Positions 19,213 through 29,536 of a DNA stretch of 32,000 nucleotides are shown piece after piece (position 1 is the first letter of the stretch; every line of letters begins with the position of its first letter). Under the pieces are notes generated by a model, which worked only from the letters and a program-made list of their open reading frames with translations, searched no databases and was not told the origin of the DNA. The translations under genes were made by a program, and so were the position numbers. The stretch comes from Gracilimonas sediminicola (GTDB lineage Bacteria; Bacteroidota; Rhodothermia; Balneolales; Balneolaceae), in contig NZ_JANDBC010000001.1 in assembly GCF_024320785.1 (NCBI RefSeq), positions 737,309 to 769,308 on the forward strand, given 5' to 3'.

Positions 19213-20462
19213 GCACGAATAAACCACTAAATATTTCACTATTACTTTTTACAGTACTGGTATTTTCTGCATGTAGTTCGGTAGGAGTATTAAGCTCTGA
19301 AAACGAGTATCTGCCAAAAGCTTCAGATGATGCCAGTATTGTTTTTCAACTGAATTCCAATGTACCTAGAACAACCTTCTATGTAGATGGAAAAGAAGTT
19401 GTAACGGCAGAAAGAGCAAAAATCTTAGTTAATGGTAATGCTCATACCATTACCGCATCTCCTGAGGGATATAGATCAAAAGAAGAGTACTTACAACCTC
19501 CTTACGATAAGACCAATTATCTGCGGTTTACTTTTATGATTGGCGACAAATTGAATACTGATGATGATACTTCAGATCCAATACTGGCCGATCGACAAAG
19601 GAAGCCAGATCAAGCGGCAGTTGAAAAACAGACCCCGGTAGATATTGAATTCGATATCCCAAAAGCCAATAAAATTAATACTGATGCGGTTGGTGTCATC
19701 ATCGGTAATAAGGATTACTCAAAAGACATCCCGAATGTTGATTATGCCGTGAATGATGCAGCTCTTGTAAAAGAATACTTTATAAACACCCTGGGGATCA
19801 AACCCGGAAATATTATTTATGAAGAGAATGCCGGTAAAGCTACTTTTGATGCTATTTTTGGAAATGAAAACAACCATATGGGAAAACTTCACAACTTCGT
19901 GAAACCGGGAAAAAGTGATGTTTATATTTTCTACTCTGGGCATGGTTCCCCCGACGTGAATTCTAACTCGGCTTACATGATGCCTATTGACTCTGACCCC
20001 GCCTTTGTATCCTTCTCAGGCTACAGCACCGACCTTTTGTACGGCAACCTTTCCAAACTGAACGCCAAATCAGTAGCCGTTTTTCTGGATGCCTGCTTTT
20101 CCGGAGCATCCGGTTCCGGTGAAATGCTGATTAAGAATGCCTCTCCCATAGGCATTAAAGTAAAGAACAAAGCTTTAACCATCGATAACAGCCTTATCAT
20201 CACTGCCAGCAGTGGAGAGCAAATTGCCAGCTGGTATCCTCATATGAGACACGGACTCTTTACCTATTTTTTATTGAAGGGATTTAAAGGCGAAGCGGAT
20301 CTTGATAATGATGGAATCTTAACTAAATCAGAGCTTCAAAATTATTTGACCGATCAGGATGATGGAATACCCTACTTCGCAAGGCGACTACACAACCGTA
20401 TCCAAACGCCCGAAATTATTTCCAATGAATACGAAGAAACACTGATAAAGTATAAGAATTAA
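19209..20462 (+). CDS. Caspase-family (peptidase C14-like) lipoprotein with PEGA-like N-terminal region and EF-hand-like loop
   Basis: Lipobox-like FSAC; AVGVIIGNKDYSKDIPNVDYAVNDAALVKEYF; His motif VYIFYSGHG; Cys motif VAVFLDACFSGASG; HGLFTYFLLKGF; loop DLDNDGILTKSEL. GTG start at 19209 overlaps the upstream TGA. Confidence 0.85.
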   Translation: MSTNKPLNISLLLFTVLVFSACSSVGVLSSENEYLPKASDDASIVFQLNSNVPRTTFYVDGKEVVTAERAKILVNGNAHTITASPEGYRSKEEYLQPPYDKTNYLRFTFMIGDKLNTDDDTSDPILADRQRKPDQAAVEKQTPVDIEFDIPKANKINTDAVGVIIGNKDYSKDIPNVDYAVNDAALVKEYFINTLGIKPGNIIYEENAGKATFDAIFGNENNHMGKLHNFVKPGKSDVYIFYSGHGSPDVNSNSAYMMPIDSDPAFVSFSGYSTDLLYGNLSKLNAKSVAVFLDACFSGASGSGEMLIKNASPIGIKVKNKALTIDNSLIITASSGEQIASWYPHMRHGLFTYFLLKGFKGEADLDNDGILTKSELQNYLTDQDDGIPYFARRLHNRIQTPEIISNEYEETLIKYKN

Positions 20463-20511
20463 TTTTAGTGCTTGCTCAGTGTGTATCATAGCCTTTGCCT
20501 AATAGGACCTG

Positions 20512-20539
20512 CTGTTCCCAACCTAGTGGTTGGGAACAG
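20512..20539. repeat. Perfect hairpin, 12-bp arms with 4-nt loop, between convergent genes
   Basis: CTGTTCCCAACC-tagt-GGTTGGGAACAG read directly; no adjacent T tract. Confidence 0.9.
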
Positions 20540-20563
20540 TGAGGGCTCAGACGCATCAAAATA

Positions 20564-22114
20564 TTACAGCGGCAGATTGTCGTGCTTTTTCTTCGGCACA
20601 GATTCCACTTTGTTATGGGACACTTCCAGTGCTTTAATCAGTTTCTCACGGGTTTCGGAAGGCAGTATTACATCATCCACATAGCCGCGCTCGGCCGCTT
20701 TATAAGGGTGAGCAAAGTTCTCGCTATACTGATCTTCCAGTTCCTTCTGCTTGGCTTCCGGATCATCGGCTTTGGCTATTTCTTTACGGAAGATGATTTC
20801 CACCGCACCCTTGGTACCCATTACGGCAATCTCGGCTGTTGGCCAGGCTACGTTGTAATCAGCCCTTATGTGCTTGGAGTTCATCACATCGTAAGCTCCA
20901 CCATAGGCCTTACGGGTAATCACGGTCATTTTTGGAACCGTAGCCTCGCAGAATGCATACAGCAGCTTAGCGCCGTGTTTGATGATTCCATTCCACTCCT
21001 GATCGGTACCGGGCAGGAAGCCGGGCACATCTTCAAATACAACCAGCGGAATGTTGAACGCATCGCAGAAACGAACAAAACGAGCTCCTTTCAGAGAAGC
21101 ATCTATATCCAAAACTCCAGCCAGTGAAAGCGGCTGATTGGCAACCACGCCAACACTACGGCCTCCAAGTCGGGCAAAACCGACCACGATGTTATCCGCA
21201 TAGTCTTTGTGAACCTCGAAGAAGGAATCTTTATCCATAATTCCATCAATCACATCATGAATATCATACGGCTTGTTGGGGTTAAGCGGCACCAGGTCTT
21301 CCAGTGCTTTGGCTTTGGCCGAATCCGGTTCTTTGGATTCTACCATCGGTACTTTTTCCTCACAATTCTGAGGCACGTATTTCATCAGCTGCCGGATGTC
21401 ATTCAGACATACCGCATCGTTAGGGCTGGAAAAATGAGAAACCCCGGATTTGGTGCTGTGTGTGGAAGCACCGCCTAATTCTTCGGATGTAACTTCTTCA
21501 TGCGTTACCGTTTTCACCACATTCGGTCCGGTTACAAACATATAGCTGGAATTTTCCACCATAAAAATGAAATCGGTAAGCGCCGGACTGTAAACGGCTC
21601 CACCTGCACAAGGCCCCATCACAGCCGAAATCTGAGGCACAACGCCCGAGGCCATACTGTTTCTCCAGAATACCTCAGCATAACCGCCCAGCGAGGATAC
21701 CCCTTCCTGGATGCGAGCGCCTCCGGAGTCGTTAAGTCCGATGATCGGTACTCCATTCTTCAAGGCCAGATCCATAATCTTGCAAATTTTCTCTGCATGG
21801 GTTTCTGACAGAGAACCGCCAAATACGGTAAAATCCTGACTGAAAATATAAACCGGACGGCCGTGAATTTTAGCGTGGCCGGTTACGACCCCATCCCCTA
21901 ATATCTTTTTCTTATCCAATCCGAAAGCTGTACTCCGGTGGGTCACAAACTTGTCAATTTCCTCGAACGAGCCTTTATCCACCAACAGATCGATTCGCTC
22001 GCGGGCGGTTAGTTTGCCTTTATCATGTTGCTTCTCGATTCGGGCCTCACCTCCGCCTTTAAGTGCTTCTTCCCGCAGTTTCTGTAGTCGTTCTACTTTT
22101 GGATTGGATGCCAT
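20564..22114 (-). CDS. Acyl-CoA carboxylase (propionyl-/methylcrotonyl-type) carboxyltransferase beta subunit
   Basis: [108 protein letters not shown]. Confidence 0.95.
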   Translation of the reverse strand: MASNPKVERLQKLREEALKGGGEARIEKQHDKGKLTARERIDLLVDKGSFEEIDKFVTHRSTAFGLDKKKILGDGVVTGHAKIHGRPVYIFSQDFTVFGGSLSETHAEKICKIMDLALKNGVPIIGLNDSGGARIQEGVSSLGGYAEVFWRNSMASGVVPQISAVMGPCAGGAVYSPALTDFIFMVENSSYMFVTGPNVVKTVTHEEVTSEELGGASTHSTKSGVSHFSSPNDAVCLNDIRQLMKYVPQNCEEKVPMVESKEPDSAKAKALEDLVPLNPNKPYDIHDVIDGIMDKDSFFEVHKDYADNIVVGFARLGGRSVGVVANQPLSLAGVLDIDASLKGARFVRFCDAFNIPLVVFEDVPGFLPGTDQEWNGIIKHGAKLLYAFCEATVPKMTVITRKAYGGAYDVMNSKHIRADYNVAWPTAEIAVMGTKGAVEIIFRKEIAKADDPEAKQKELEDQYSENFAHPYKAAERGYVDDVILPSETREKLIKALEVSHNKVESVPKKKHDNLPL

Positions 22115-22128
22115 AATTAAGGTATTGT

Positions 22129-23838
22129 TTAAGATTTATATTCGTCAAAATAAGATTGAAGCCGGTCGGTAAAATCGATGGCTACTTCAGATGTCATATC
22201 AACTTTATTAGTCGAAAATACTTTTTTTTCAATGAATTCAGTAGCCTCATCCCAATTGTCCAGCTCCTGAATTTTACTCAGGGCTTTTTCGTATTTCTTA
22301 TCTGATCCTTTGAAAATTTTTTCTACAAAAAAGCCTTCATTGTTGATCATAAAGTCCTTCAGTGTGGGCATGGTCTGGTCGTCTTCGTCCTCTTCATCAA
22401 CGAGTTCATCGACCAGCGTTTCCTCATCAATCAGCATCTCGTCACTATCCGAACCCTTACTGCTCATCAACATATCCATTTGGTCGGGACGTATAAACTG
22501 CTGCCACATGGGCTGCTCGTCATTATCTTCGGCTTCTTCCTCAATAACAGATTCATCCGTATCATCTTCCGCAGCTAATTCATCCAGCACATCCTCTTCT
22601 TCTTTTTCAGGCGCCGGTTCTGCAGGCTTCTCTTCTTTTTTGGAAGACTTCTTTTTCTTCTTCTTTTTTGATTTTTTCTTTTCCTCTTCCTCTTCTTCCG
22701 TCAGGTTTTTGAACGAATGTGCTGCCTGATCAAGTACCGTTACGAGGTTCTCCCGAAACTTCTTGATTTCATCGGTTTGATCTCCGGTTTTGAGTGATTC
22801 CGAGATCTTTTCAGCATCGGGCACTTCTTCAAACTCCTCAAAAATGGACTTATCTTTCTGCTCGGTTTTAAAGAGAGCATTGAACGACTCTTCGTCCGTC
22901 ATTTGCGGACCTTCTTCACTGTAATCGCCAAAAAAACTATCCAACAATCGCTGTTCTTTTTCATCAATTTCTTCCATCTCCTCTTCATCAGGATGGTCAA
23001 AGCGATTTTTCTGAGCAATTAACTCCTCCCGGAACTGATCCCGAAATTTCTCCTGAAGCTTCACGTCCAGCAAGTCTGGATAGGAAAGAATTTCAATAAA
23101 ACGCTCTTTGGTAATCTGCTCATTCAGTTCGTTAAAAGCTTTTGCCGTGAGGTACAATCCCTTGTCTTCAAAAAATAGCTGAATGAGTTTGGCATCTACT
23201 TCTCCTCCAAATAGGGTAAACAAAAGCTCAAGGACCTGCGCCCATTCTTTGGCTGTATAGGATGCAACAAGGTTTGCATCCAGGTTATGGATAAGCAGCT
23301 TACACCTTTTCTTCTCCAGTGTTTTCAGCTTCCTTTTTTTCATATACAGCGGAATGGCTTTACCAAAGTGCTTATAAATAGTCAGCTTGTCGGTTCGCCG
23401 AACCAGCTCTTCGTAATCGAGTTCTTCTTCGCCTTTGTAAATATAATCCGCCATGTGATGACGCGGTTCCAGGTACACCTTCACAATCTCGGTCATTACC
23501 CGGCTGGTAACTACGTAAAACTTGTCTTTAGGAATGCGGGAATTTGCAAATAATGCTTGCTGAAATTCTTTCCACGCATCTTTAACCAGCTGCTGATCAG
23601 TGTTCGCCCATTCCGTGTCTTCTAAAACAAATTCTTTCTTCAGCTTTTCGTTGATTTCGATGCGAATTCGTTCAACAATAAAGGAAGGGAACCCCGCTGA
23701 AAGACAGTCTTTCAGGGTATAATAGGGCTTGTCGGATTTAACCGCGCCAATAAGCCGATCGATGATTTCTTCTACTGCCTGATGCATAAGTCGTTTTAGT
23801 ATTTCACTGAAAATAAAGCCTGCCGGCTCGCAATACAA
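22129..23838 (-). CDS. Hypothetical acidic protein with internal polylysine tract
   Basis: Long ORF with aspartate/glutamate-rich C-terminal half and run [18 protein letters not shown]; 14-nt gap to the carboxylase gene it precedes. Confidence 0.8.
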   Translation of the reverse strand: MYCEPAGFIFSEILKRLMHQAVEEIIDRLIGAVKSDKPYYTLKDCLSAGFPSFIVERIRIEINEKLKKEFVLEDTEWANTDQQLVKDAWKEFQQALFANSRIPKDKFYVVTSRVMTEIVKVYLEPRHHMADYIYKGEEELDYEELVRRTDKLTIYKHFGKAIPLYMKKRKLKTLEKKRCKLLIHNLDANLVASYTAKEWAQVLELLFTLFGGEVDAKLIQLFFEDKGLYLTAKAFNELNEQITKERFIEILSYPDLLDVKLQEKFRDQFREELIAQKNRFDHPDEEEMEEIDEKEQRLLDSFFGDYSEEGPQMTDEESFNALFKTEQKDKSIFEEFEEVPDAEKISESLKTGDQTDEIKKFRENLVTVLDQAAHSFKNLTEEEEEEKKKSKKKKKKKSSKKEEKPAEPAPEKEEEDVLDELAAEDDTDESVIEEEAEDNDEQPMWQQFIRPDQMDMLMSSKGSDSDEMLIDEETLVDELVDEEDEDDQTMPTLKDFMINNEGFFVEKIFKGSDKKYEKALSKIQELDNWDEATEFIEKKVFSTNKVDMTSEVAIDFTDRLQSYFDEYKS

Positions 23839-23926
23839 TTAAGGATTTAGATATTCCGTTATAGTTTTCAAATTTTATGAACTGAAAGCATATTCTTATT
23901 AGTCACAAACTTGCTACCTTTGGGGC

Positions 23927-24547
23927 ATGATTTCACTTCAGGTACAAAATCTTTCCAAAAAATATAACCGACATACCATCTTTTCGGATCTCAGTTTTGA
24001 GCACACCGGAGGAATTCTGGGTATTTCGGGAGCTAACGGTAGTGGCAAGTCAACATTGATGAAATGCCTGGCTTATCTGCTTCGCCCAAATTCAGGAACC
24101 ATTATCTGGAAGCAGGATGAAGAATCGATGAATCAAAAACAGGTGAAAGCGAAGCTGGGTTATGCCGCTCCTTATATAAATCTTTATGCAGAGCTTTCGG
24201 TTGAGGAGAACCTGCGGTTTTTAGTGGAAGCCGGGGGCAAATCAGCCCACGAAGACCGGCTTTCCGCCTTACTTGAGAAGGTTCAGATTCCACATTTGAG
24301 CGATCAGCTTTTTGGAAGCCTTTCTACCGGACAACAACAACGTGTTAAATTGGCCGCCGCTCTGGTTCGCAAGCCTGAAATATTAATGCTGGATGAACCC
24401 GGCTCCAATCTCGACGAAAAAGGACATGCATTGGTATCCGAGATAGTCAAAGAAGCAGCTGAGGCCGGTACCCTGGTTTTCCTCGCTTCCAACGATCCTA
24501 ACGAAATTGCCTTGTGTGATACCGTACTTAACGTTAGTGAGGAGTGA
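23927..24547 (+). CDS. ABC transporter ATP-binding protein (small, CcmA-like)
   Basis: Walker A GANGSGKST, signature LSTGQQQRVKLA, Walker B EILMLDEPGSNLD. Confidence 0.85.
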   Translation: MISLQVQNLSKKYNRHTIFSDLSFEHTGGILGISGANGSGKSTLMKCLAYLLRPNSGTIIWKQDEESMNQKQVKAKLGYAAPYINLYAELSVEENLRFLVEAGGKSAHEDRLSALLEKVQIPHLSDQLFGSLSTGQQQRVKLAAALVRKPEILMLDEPGSNLDEKGHALVSEIVKEAAEAGTLVFLASNDPNEIALCDTVLNVSEE

Positions 24548-24550
24548 TGA

Positions 24551-24608
24551 GTGATAAAGTGATGGGGTGATTGAAAGCTACTCCTCACTTTATAACTTTA
24601 TAACTCTC
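24551..24608. repeat. Imperfect intergenic inverted repeat
   Basis: GAGTGATAAAGTGATGGGGTGA (24551-24572) vs TCACTTTATAACTTTATAACTC (24587-24608); the second arm's reverse complement is GAGTTATAAAGTTATAAAGTGA. Confidence 0.7.
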
Positions 24609-24679
24609 AACTGTCTTCGGATTCTCTTAACTTTGTCTGCCAAATCGAATATTCATCATTCCAAATCCAATACTGCACT

Positions 24680-25780
24680 ATGATCTCACAAAATGATCAG
24701 AAACTCGCATCCCTCATTCTTGAACACAGCACCGAGGTTCAGAAAGGGCACAATGTGATGGTACAGCTTATCGGCTTAAACGGCATCGACCTGCTCCGAG
24801 CTTTGGTAGAGCAAATCCGTGAAAAGGGAGCGCATCCGTTTATAAAGATCGAAGATGCGGATACGCAGCGTATTTTAATTGAAAATGGTGACGAGGAATT
24901 TTGGAAGAATCAGGCTTCTGTTGATCAGCTTCCACTGATGAAGCAAATGGATGCCTTTATCGGAATCCGTGCTTCACAAAATATCTATGAAAATTCACAT
25001 GCCAGTAAAGAAGCCAACAAGGCCTATTCCGAGCATTTTTTGAAACCGGTTCACTTTGATGAGCGCGTCAACAACACCAACTGGTGCATCATGCGGTACC
25101 CATCGGCTGCCTTTGCGATGAACGCCAAAATGCCAACGCGTGCTTTTGCTGATTTTTATTACGATGCCTGTCTGGTCGACTACGCCCGGCTTGAAGAAGC
25201 AATGAAGCCCCTGGAAAAACGACTGCGAGCCACCGATGAAATTCACCTTAAAGGTGAAGGAACCGATATTAAGTTTTCGGTTAAAGGACAGAACTGGGTT
25301 CCCTGCTTTGGTAAGCGAAATATCCCCGACGGAGAACTTTTTACCTCTCCCGTTCTGGATTCCGTAAATGGAGTGATTTCTTACGCTCCTTCCGTTTATC
25401 AGGGCAAACCTTTTGAATTTGTGAAGCTGGAAGTGAAAGACGGCGTGGTGGTTGATTTTGATTCCTCCAACAACGAGGCCCTTAAAGATATTCTGGACAC
25501 AGACGAGGGAGCACGGCAATTCGGAGAGTTCAGCTTTGGGTTGAACCCGGTGATCGAAAGCCCGATGTATGACATTCTTTTTGATGAGAAGATTTATGGG
25601 TCTAACCACCTTACCCTCGGTAAAGACTATGAAGTAGCACCAAACGGCAACTCCAGTAACATCCATTGGGACCTGGTTTGTATTGGCGCTGATGTGTACC
25701 TGGATGGAGAGCTGGTGCGCAAAGGCCGCAAGTTTGTTGCTGACGACCTTAAAGGATTAAACCCCGAAGAACTACTGTAG
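24680..25780 (+). CDS. M29-family (AmpS/PepS-type) aminopeptidase
   Basis: Architecture and motifs: LRVKG-equivalent GEGTDIKFSVKGQNWVPCFGKRNIPDGELFTSPVLDSVNG, EFSFGLNP, FDEKIYGSNHLTLGKDY, NSSNIHWDLVC. Confidence 0.85.
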   Translation: MISQNDQKLASLILEHSTEVQKGHNVMVQLIGLNGIDLLRALVEQIREKGAHPFIKIEDADTQRILIENGDEEFWKNQASVDQLPLMKQMDAFIGIRASQNIYENSHASKEANKAYSEHFLKPVHFDERVNNTNWCIMRYPSAAFAMNAKMPTRAFADFYYDACLVDYARLEEAMKPLEKRLRATDEIHLKGEGTDIKFSVKGQNWVPCFGKRNIPDGELFTSPVLDSVNGVISYAPSVYQGKPFEFVKLEVKDGVVVDFDSSNNEALKDILDTDEGARQFGEFSFGLNPVIESPMYDILFDEKIYGSNHLTLGKDYEVAPNGNSSNIHWDLVCIGADVYLDGELVRKGRKFVADDLKGLNPEELL

Positions 25781-25796
25781 CATATCAGATTTAAGG

Positions 25797-26222
25797 ATGA
25801 AGAAAACAGTATTAATTTACGGGGCTGTACTTGCTGCCGGTGTATTAGTGGTAGAAGCAATTGAGTATTTTTATATGGTAGAAATCATCTCAACTCCGGT
25901 GTATATCGTTGCCATTGCCATTCTATTTACCATATTAGGCATTTGGCTGGGGAAAAAACTAACGGCAAAAGCACCACAGGAATCTGAAAAAGCTCCTTTC
26001 AAACGGAATGAAAAAGCCTTGAAGTCGCTGGGTATCAGCGAGCGCGAACTTGATGTCCTCGAGCATCTCGGGAAAGGTCACTCTAACCAGGAAATAGCCA
26101 ATAAGCTTTTTATTTCTATCAATACGGTAAAAACACACCTTTCCAGTGTTTACCAAAAACTGGAAGTAAGCCGCCGAAGTATGGCCGTTAAAAAAGCCCG
26201 ATCGTTAAAGCTCATCCCATAA
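25797..26222 (+). CDS. Membrane-anchored LuxR-type HTH protein
   Basis: Two N-terminal hydrophobic segments (VLIYGAVLAAGVLVVEAI; PVYIVAIAILFTILGIWLG) followed by LGISERELDVLEHLGKGHSNQEIANKLFISINTVKTHLSSVYQKLEV. Confidence 0.85.
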   Translation: MKKTVLIYGAVLAAGVLVVEAIEYFYMVEIISTPVYIVAIAILFTILGIWLGKKLTAKAPQESEKAPFKRNEKALKSLGISERELDVLEHLGKGHSNQEIANKLFISINTVKTHLSSVYQKLEVSRRSMAVKKARSLKLIP

Positions 26223-26254
26223 AAAAATCCACCGCCCCATTCGAGCCGGTGGAT
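26221..26254 (-). terminator. Probable Rho-independent terminator for pckA
   Basis: On the minus strand: ATCCACCG-gctcgaatgggg-CGGTGGAT followed by TTTTTT; stem arms at 26227-26234 and 26247-26254 in plus coordinates. Confidence 0.8.
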
Positions 26255-26277
26255 TGAAGTTACCTTGAACTTATCGA

Positions 26278-27876
26278 TTAATCGCTGACTTTAGGTCCTG
26301 CGTTTATGATTTCATCACTGCTTTCTGCTTTATACTTATCGAAGTTTTTGCGGAAGAGCTTGCCAAGCTTTTGAGCCTGTGCATCATACTCATCTGCATT
26401 GCTCCAGGAATTACGTGGCTGTAGTATTTCTGAAGGAACTTCAGGGCAGTTTGTTGGAATCCTGAACCCAAACACTTCGTCTTGCACCGTGTCGGCATCA
26501 TCAAGCTTACCTTCATGAATGGCATTAATGATAGCACGGGTGTTTTTGAGATTGATTCGCTCTCCGCCTTTGCCATAGGCTCCGCCTGTAATTCCGGTAT
26601 TCACCAGCCAGGCTTTGGCGTTATGAGTTCGCATTTTCTCCGCGAGCATTTCGGCATATTTAGACGGTGGCCATACCAGGAAGGCTGCCCCAAAGCAGGC
26701 AGAAAATGTAGCTTCAGGCTCTGTAACACCCATTTCGGTTCCGGCAACTTTGGCGGTATATCCACTGATAAAGTGGTACATAGCCTGCTCAGGAGACAGC
26801 TTGCTTACCGGAGGCAATACACCAAAGGCATCATAAGTCAAAAAGATGATGTTTTTAGGATGTCCGGCTGTGCATGGGATTTTGGAATTTGAGATAAAGT
26901 CGATGGGATACGAAGCCCGGGTGTTTTGAGTGATGGAAACATCGTCGTAATCCACTTTTCGGGTATTCGCATCATAGCCCACATTCTCCAGCACCGTTCC
27001 GAACTTGATGGCATTATATATCTCAGGTTCTTTTTCTTCAGACAGATTGATGGTTTTTGCATAGCAACCGCCTTCGATATTAAACACGCCGTCTTCACTC
27101 CAGCAGTGTTCATCATCGCCTATCAGTTTGCGACTTTTATCAGCCGAAAGTGTGGTTTTTCCGGTTCCGGATAAGCCAAAGAAGAGCGCTACATCTTCGG
27201 GTTTCTCCCCTTCGTTTGCCGAACAGTGCATGGAAAGTACATCTTTCTTAGGCATCAGGTAATGCATAACGGTAAAAATACCTTTCTTCATCTCCCCGGC
27301 ATACTCCGTTCCCAGAATCACCATTTCGCCTTTTTCAAAATTCACATCTACACTGGCATCGGAGGTCATGCCTTCAGTAAAACGATTTGCAGGAAATTTA
27401 CCGGCGTTATATACCACAAAATCAGGCTCTCCAAAGTTTTCGAGCTCCTCGGCTGTTGGCCGAATCAACATATTATGCATAAACAATCCATGGTATGGGC
27501 GCTCTGCTATAATCCGGACTTTGAGACGATAGTTAGGATCCCAACCCGCAAAACCATCAATTACATATAGCCGCTCCCGCGTGTTCAGGTAATCGGTGGC
27601 TCTTTGGTGATTGATGCTAAAAGTATGTTCATCCAGCGCAATATTTACATTACCCCACCACACTTCCTTTTCAACACCGGAAGTTTTCACAACCCGCTTG
27701 TCGGCCGGACTTCGCCCCGTTCTTTTCCCTGACCTAACAACCAACGCACCCGAATCGGCTACTGCTGAACCGGGATCAAATTTGATGGCATCCTCATAGA
27801 ATTTTGCCGGGGCCGGGTTCCTGATGATATTCTCTACTGAAATTTTATGTTTAGATAAATCCACTTTTTTTCCCAT
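26278..27876 (-). CDS. pckA: Phosphoenolpyruvate carboxykinase (ATP)
   Basis: [119 protein letters not shown]. Confidence 0.98.
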   Translation of the reverse strand: MGKKVDLSKHKISVENIIRNPAPAKFYEDAIKFDPGSAVADSGALVVRSGKRTGRSPADKRVVKTSGVEKEVWWGNVNIALDEHTFSINHQRATDYLNTRERLYVIDGFAGWDPNYRLKVRIIAERPYHGLFMHNMLIRPTAEELENFGEPDFVVYNAGKFPANRFTEGMTSDASVDVNFEKGEMVILGTEYAGEMKKGIFTVMHYLMPKKDVLSMHCSANEGEKPEDVALFFGLSGTGKTTLSADKSRKLIGDDEHCWSEDGVFNIEGGCYAKTINLSEEKEPEIYNAIKFGTVLENVGYDANTRKVDYDDVSITQNTRASYPIDFISNSKIPCTAGHPKNIIFLTYDAFGVLPPVSKLSPEQAMYHFISGYTAKVAGTEMGVTEPEATFSACFGAAFLVWPPSKYAEMLAEKMRTHNAKAWLVNTGITGGAYGKGGERINLKNTRAIINAIHEGKLDDADTVQDEVFGFRIPTNCPEVPSEILQPRNSWSNADEYDAQAQKLGKLFRKNFDKYKAESSDEIINAGPKVSD

Positions 27877-28110
27877 TGCTTTGAGGCTTAAGAGTTCTTC
27901 GATTGAGTAAGTACTGATAGGTACCTATCAATCATGAATATTTGATTAATAAACTGAGATTGTTTTCGATTTTTAAATAAAAATATGCCCGTGCATTACT
28001 ATTTACAGCTGGTTTTTACCCGAAAATTTCAAAATCATACTTTCGGGTGATGCATTCCTTTTTCAATTTCACTTACTTGGAGCAGCACATTTAACCAAGC
28101 ATCAAACAAT

Positions 28111-28671
28111 ATGTCAAAAATTATACTCACATTCGGCATACTTGCCGGACTGATTAATGTGGTCATCGCCACCCTCCTCACTAACTTTGCGGGGGATGAA
28201 ATGATGCACGCCAATTCGGAGTGGGTTGGCTATTTGGTTATGATCATTGCTCTGTCCATGATCTTTGTAGGGGTAAAACAATATCGGGACAACTACCTGG
28301 GTGGCGTTATCAAATTCGGGAAAGCATTTTTGGTAGGATTATATATCGCGTTGGTTGCCAGTGCTTTCTATGTAGGCGGATGGGAAATTTACCTCCAAAC
28401 CTCCGATGTCAACTTCATGGAAACTTATTCAACTTCCGTAATTGAAAATATGGAAGCGGATGGTGCATCTGATGTAGCGATAGCGGAAATGGAAGAACAA
28501 ATACAGTTCTATTCTGATATGTATGAAAACCCGTTTTTCCGTGTCCTCTTAACGCTGTCAGAAATTCTGCCTGTCGGTTTGATTATTTCACTGGTTAGTG
28601 CAGCTTTATTGCGAAAGAGCACCTTTATGCCAACCGAAGAAAATATGAACCCGGATGCGTCCGCCATTTAA
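28111..28671 (+). CDS. DUF4199-like four-TM membrane protein
   Basis: Hydrophobic profile and EWVGYLVMIIALSMIFVGVKQYRDNYLGGVIKFGKAFLVGLYIALVAS pattern typical of DUF4199. Confidence 0.75.
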   Translation: MSKIILTFGILAGLINVVIATLLTNFAGDEMMHANSEWVGYLVMIIALSMIFVGVKQYRDNYLGGVIKFGKAFLVGLYIALVASAFYVGGWEIYLQTSDVNFMETYSTSVIENMEADGASDVAIAEMEEQIQFYSDMYENPFFRVLLTLSEILPVGLIISLVSAALLRKSTFMPTEENMNPDASAI

Positions 28672-28689
28672 AATTCAACAAGAAAATCT

Positions 28690-29145
28690 ATGAAAATTGA
28701 AGCCCACAGTCCTGAAGAATACATTCAAAAAATCCCAGAAGAACGTAAAGAACCCATCAAAAAACTTCGATCGGTTATAAGTGATAACCTGCCTGAGGGG
28801 TTCAAAGAACAAATGAGCTACGGGATGATTGGTTATGTTGTGCCCCATTCGCTGTACCCGGATGGATATCACGTAACGCCGGAGCTTCCTCTGCCCTTTA
28901 TAAACATTGCTTCTCAAAAGAATCATATTGCGGTGTACCACTCCGGGATTTATGCTGATGATGAACTCATGAACTGGTTTAAGGGAGAGTATCCCAAACA
29001 TGTAAAAACCAAGCTCGATATGGGCAAGAGTTGTATCCGTTTTCGAAATCCGGATCACATTCCCTACGAATTGATCGGCGAGCTGGCGGGAAAAATGACA
29101 CCCGGGGAATGGATCGAGCTTTACGAAAAGAACATTAAAGGTTAA
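28690..29145 (+). CDS. DUF1801-domain protein
   Basis: SPEEYIQKIPEERKEPIKKLRSVISDNLPEGFKEQMSYGMIGYVVP and CIRFRNPDHIPYELIGELA. Confidence 0.8.
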   Translation: MKIEAHSPEEYIQKIPEERKEPIKKLRSVISDNLPEGFKEQMSYGMIGYVVPHSLYPDGYHVTPELPLPFINIASQKNHIAVYHSGIYADDELMNWFKGEYPKHVKTKLDMGKSCIRFRNPDHIPYELIGELAGKMTPGEWIELYEKNIKG

Positions 29146-29160
29146 CCAAACTAAATTACC

Positions 29161-29511
29161 ATGAATCCGAATAATCACTCTCTTTCACTTGCAGTTAAAG
29201 ACATCCATGCCTCTAAAGCATTTTATGAAAAACTGGGGTTTGAACCGGTTGAAGGTACCGGCCCCATCGAGAACAACTGGATTATTATGAAGAAGGGAAA
29301 TTCTCTGATCGGTTTATTCCAGGATATGTTTGAGGAAAATATCATCACCTTTAACCCAACGGATGCCCGAAGTGTCTATAAAGATTTAAAGGAAAAGGAG
29401 GTTACATTCCTGATGGAGTCAGATTCCATCCACGAGGATAAAGGTCCGTGCCACTTTTGCATCGAGGACCCGGATGGAAACCAGATTTTATTTGACCAGC
29501 ATAACGACTAA
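29161..29511 (+). CDS. VOC-family (glyoxalase/bleomycin-resistance-like) protein
   Basis: LAVKDIHASKAFYEKLGFEPVEG ... FCIEDPDGNQILFDQ. Confidence 0.88.
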   Translation: MNPNNHSLSLAVKDIHASKAFYEKLGFEPVEGTGPIENNWIIMKKGNSLIGLFQDMFEENIITFNPTDARSVYKDLKEKEVTFLMESDSIHEDKGPCHFCIEDPDGNQILFDQHND

Positions 29512-29536
29512 TAAGTTAGCTTTCAGCCGTCAGAAA

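Noticed and set aside
17409-20540. Idea that the caspase block is an anti-phage defence system
   Set aside because: No nuclease, NTPase, reverse transcriptase, nucleotidyl cyclase or sensor is encoded; components are envelope lipoproteins. Defence remains untested, so I report only the gene association.
20582-21127. 181-aa plus-strand ORF opposite the carboxylase gene
   Set aside because: Shadow ORF of a strongly conserved gene.
22310-22729. 139-aa plus-strand ORF rich in Ser and Phe
   Set aside because: Composition is the complement of the acidic/lysine-rich tract on the minus strand, not a real protein.
24995-25666. 223-aa minus-strand ORF opposite the M29 aminopeptidase
   Set aside because: Fully antisense to a well-supported gene; no recognisable motifs, and reads like the mirrored codons of the sense gene.
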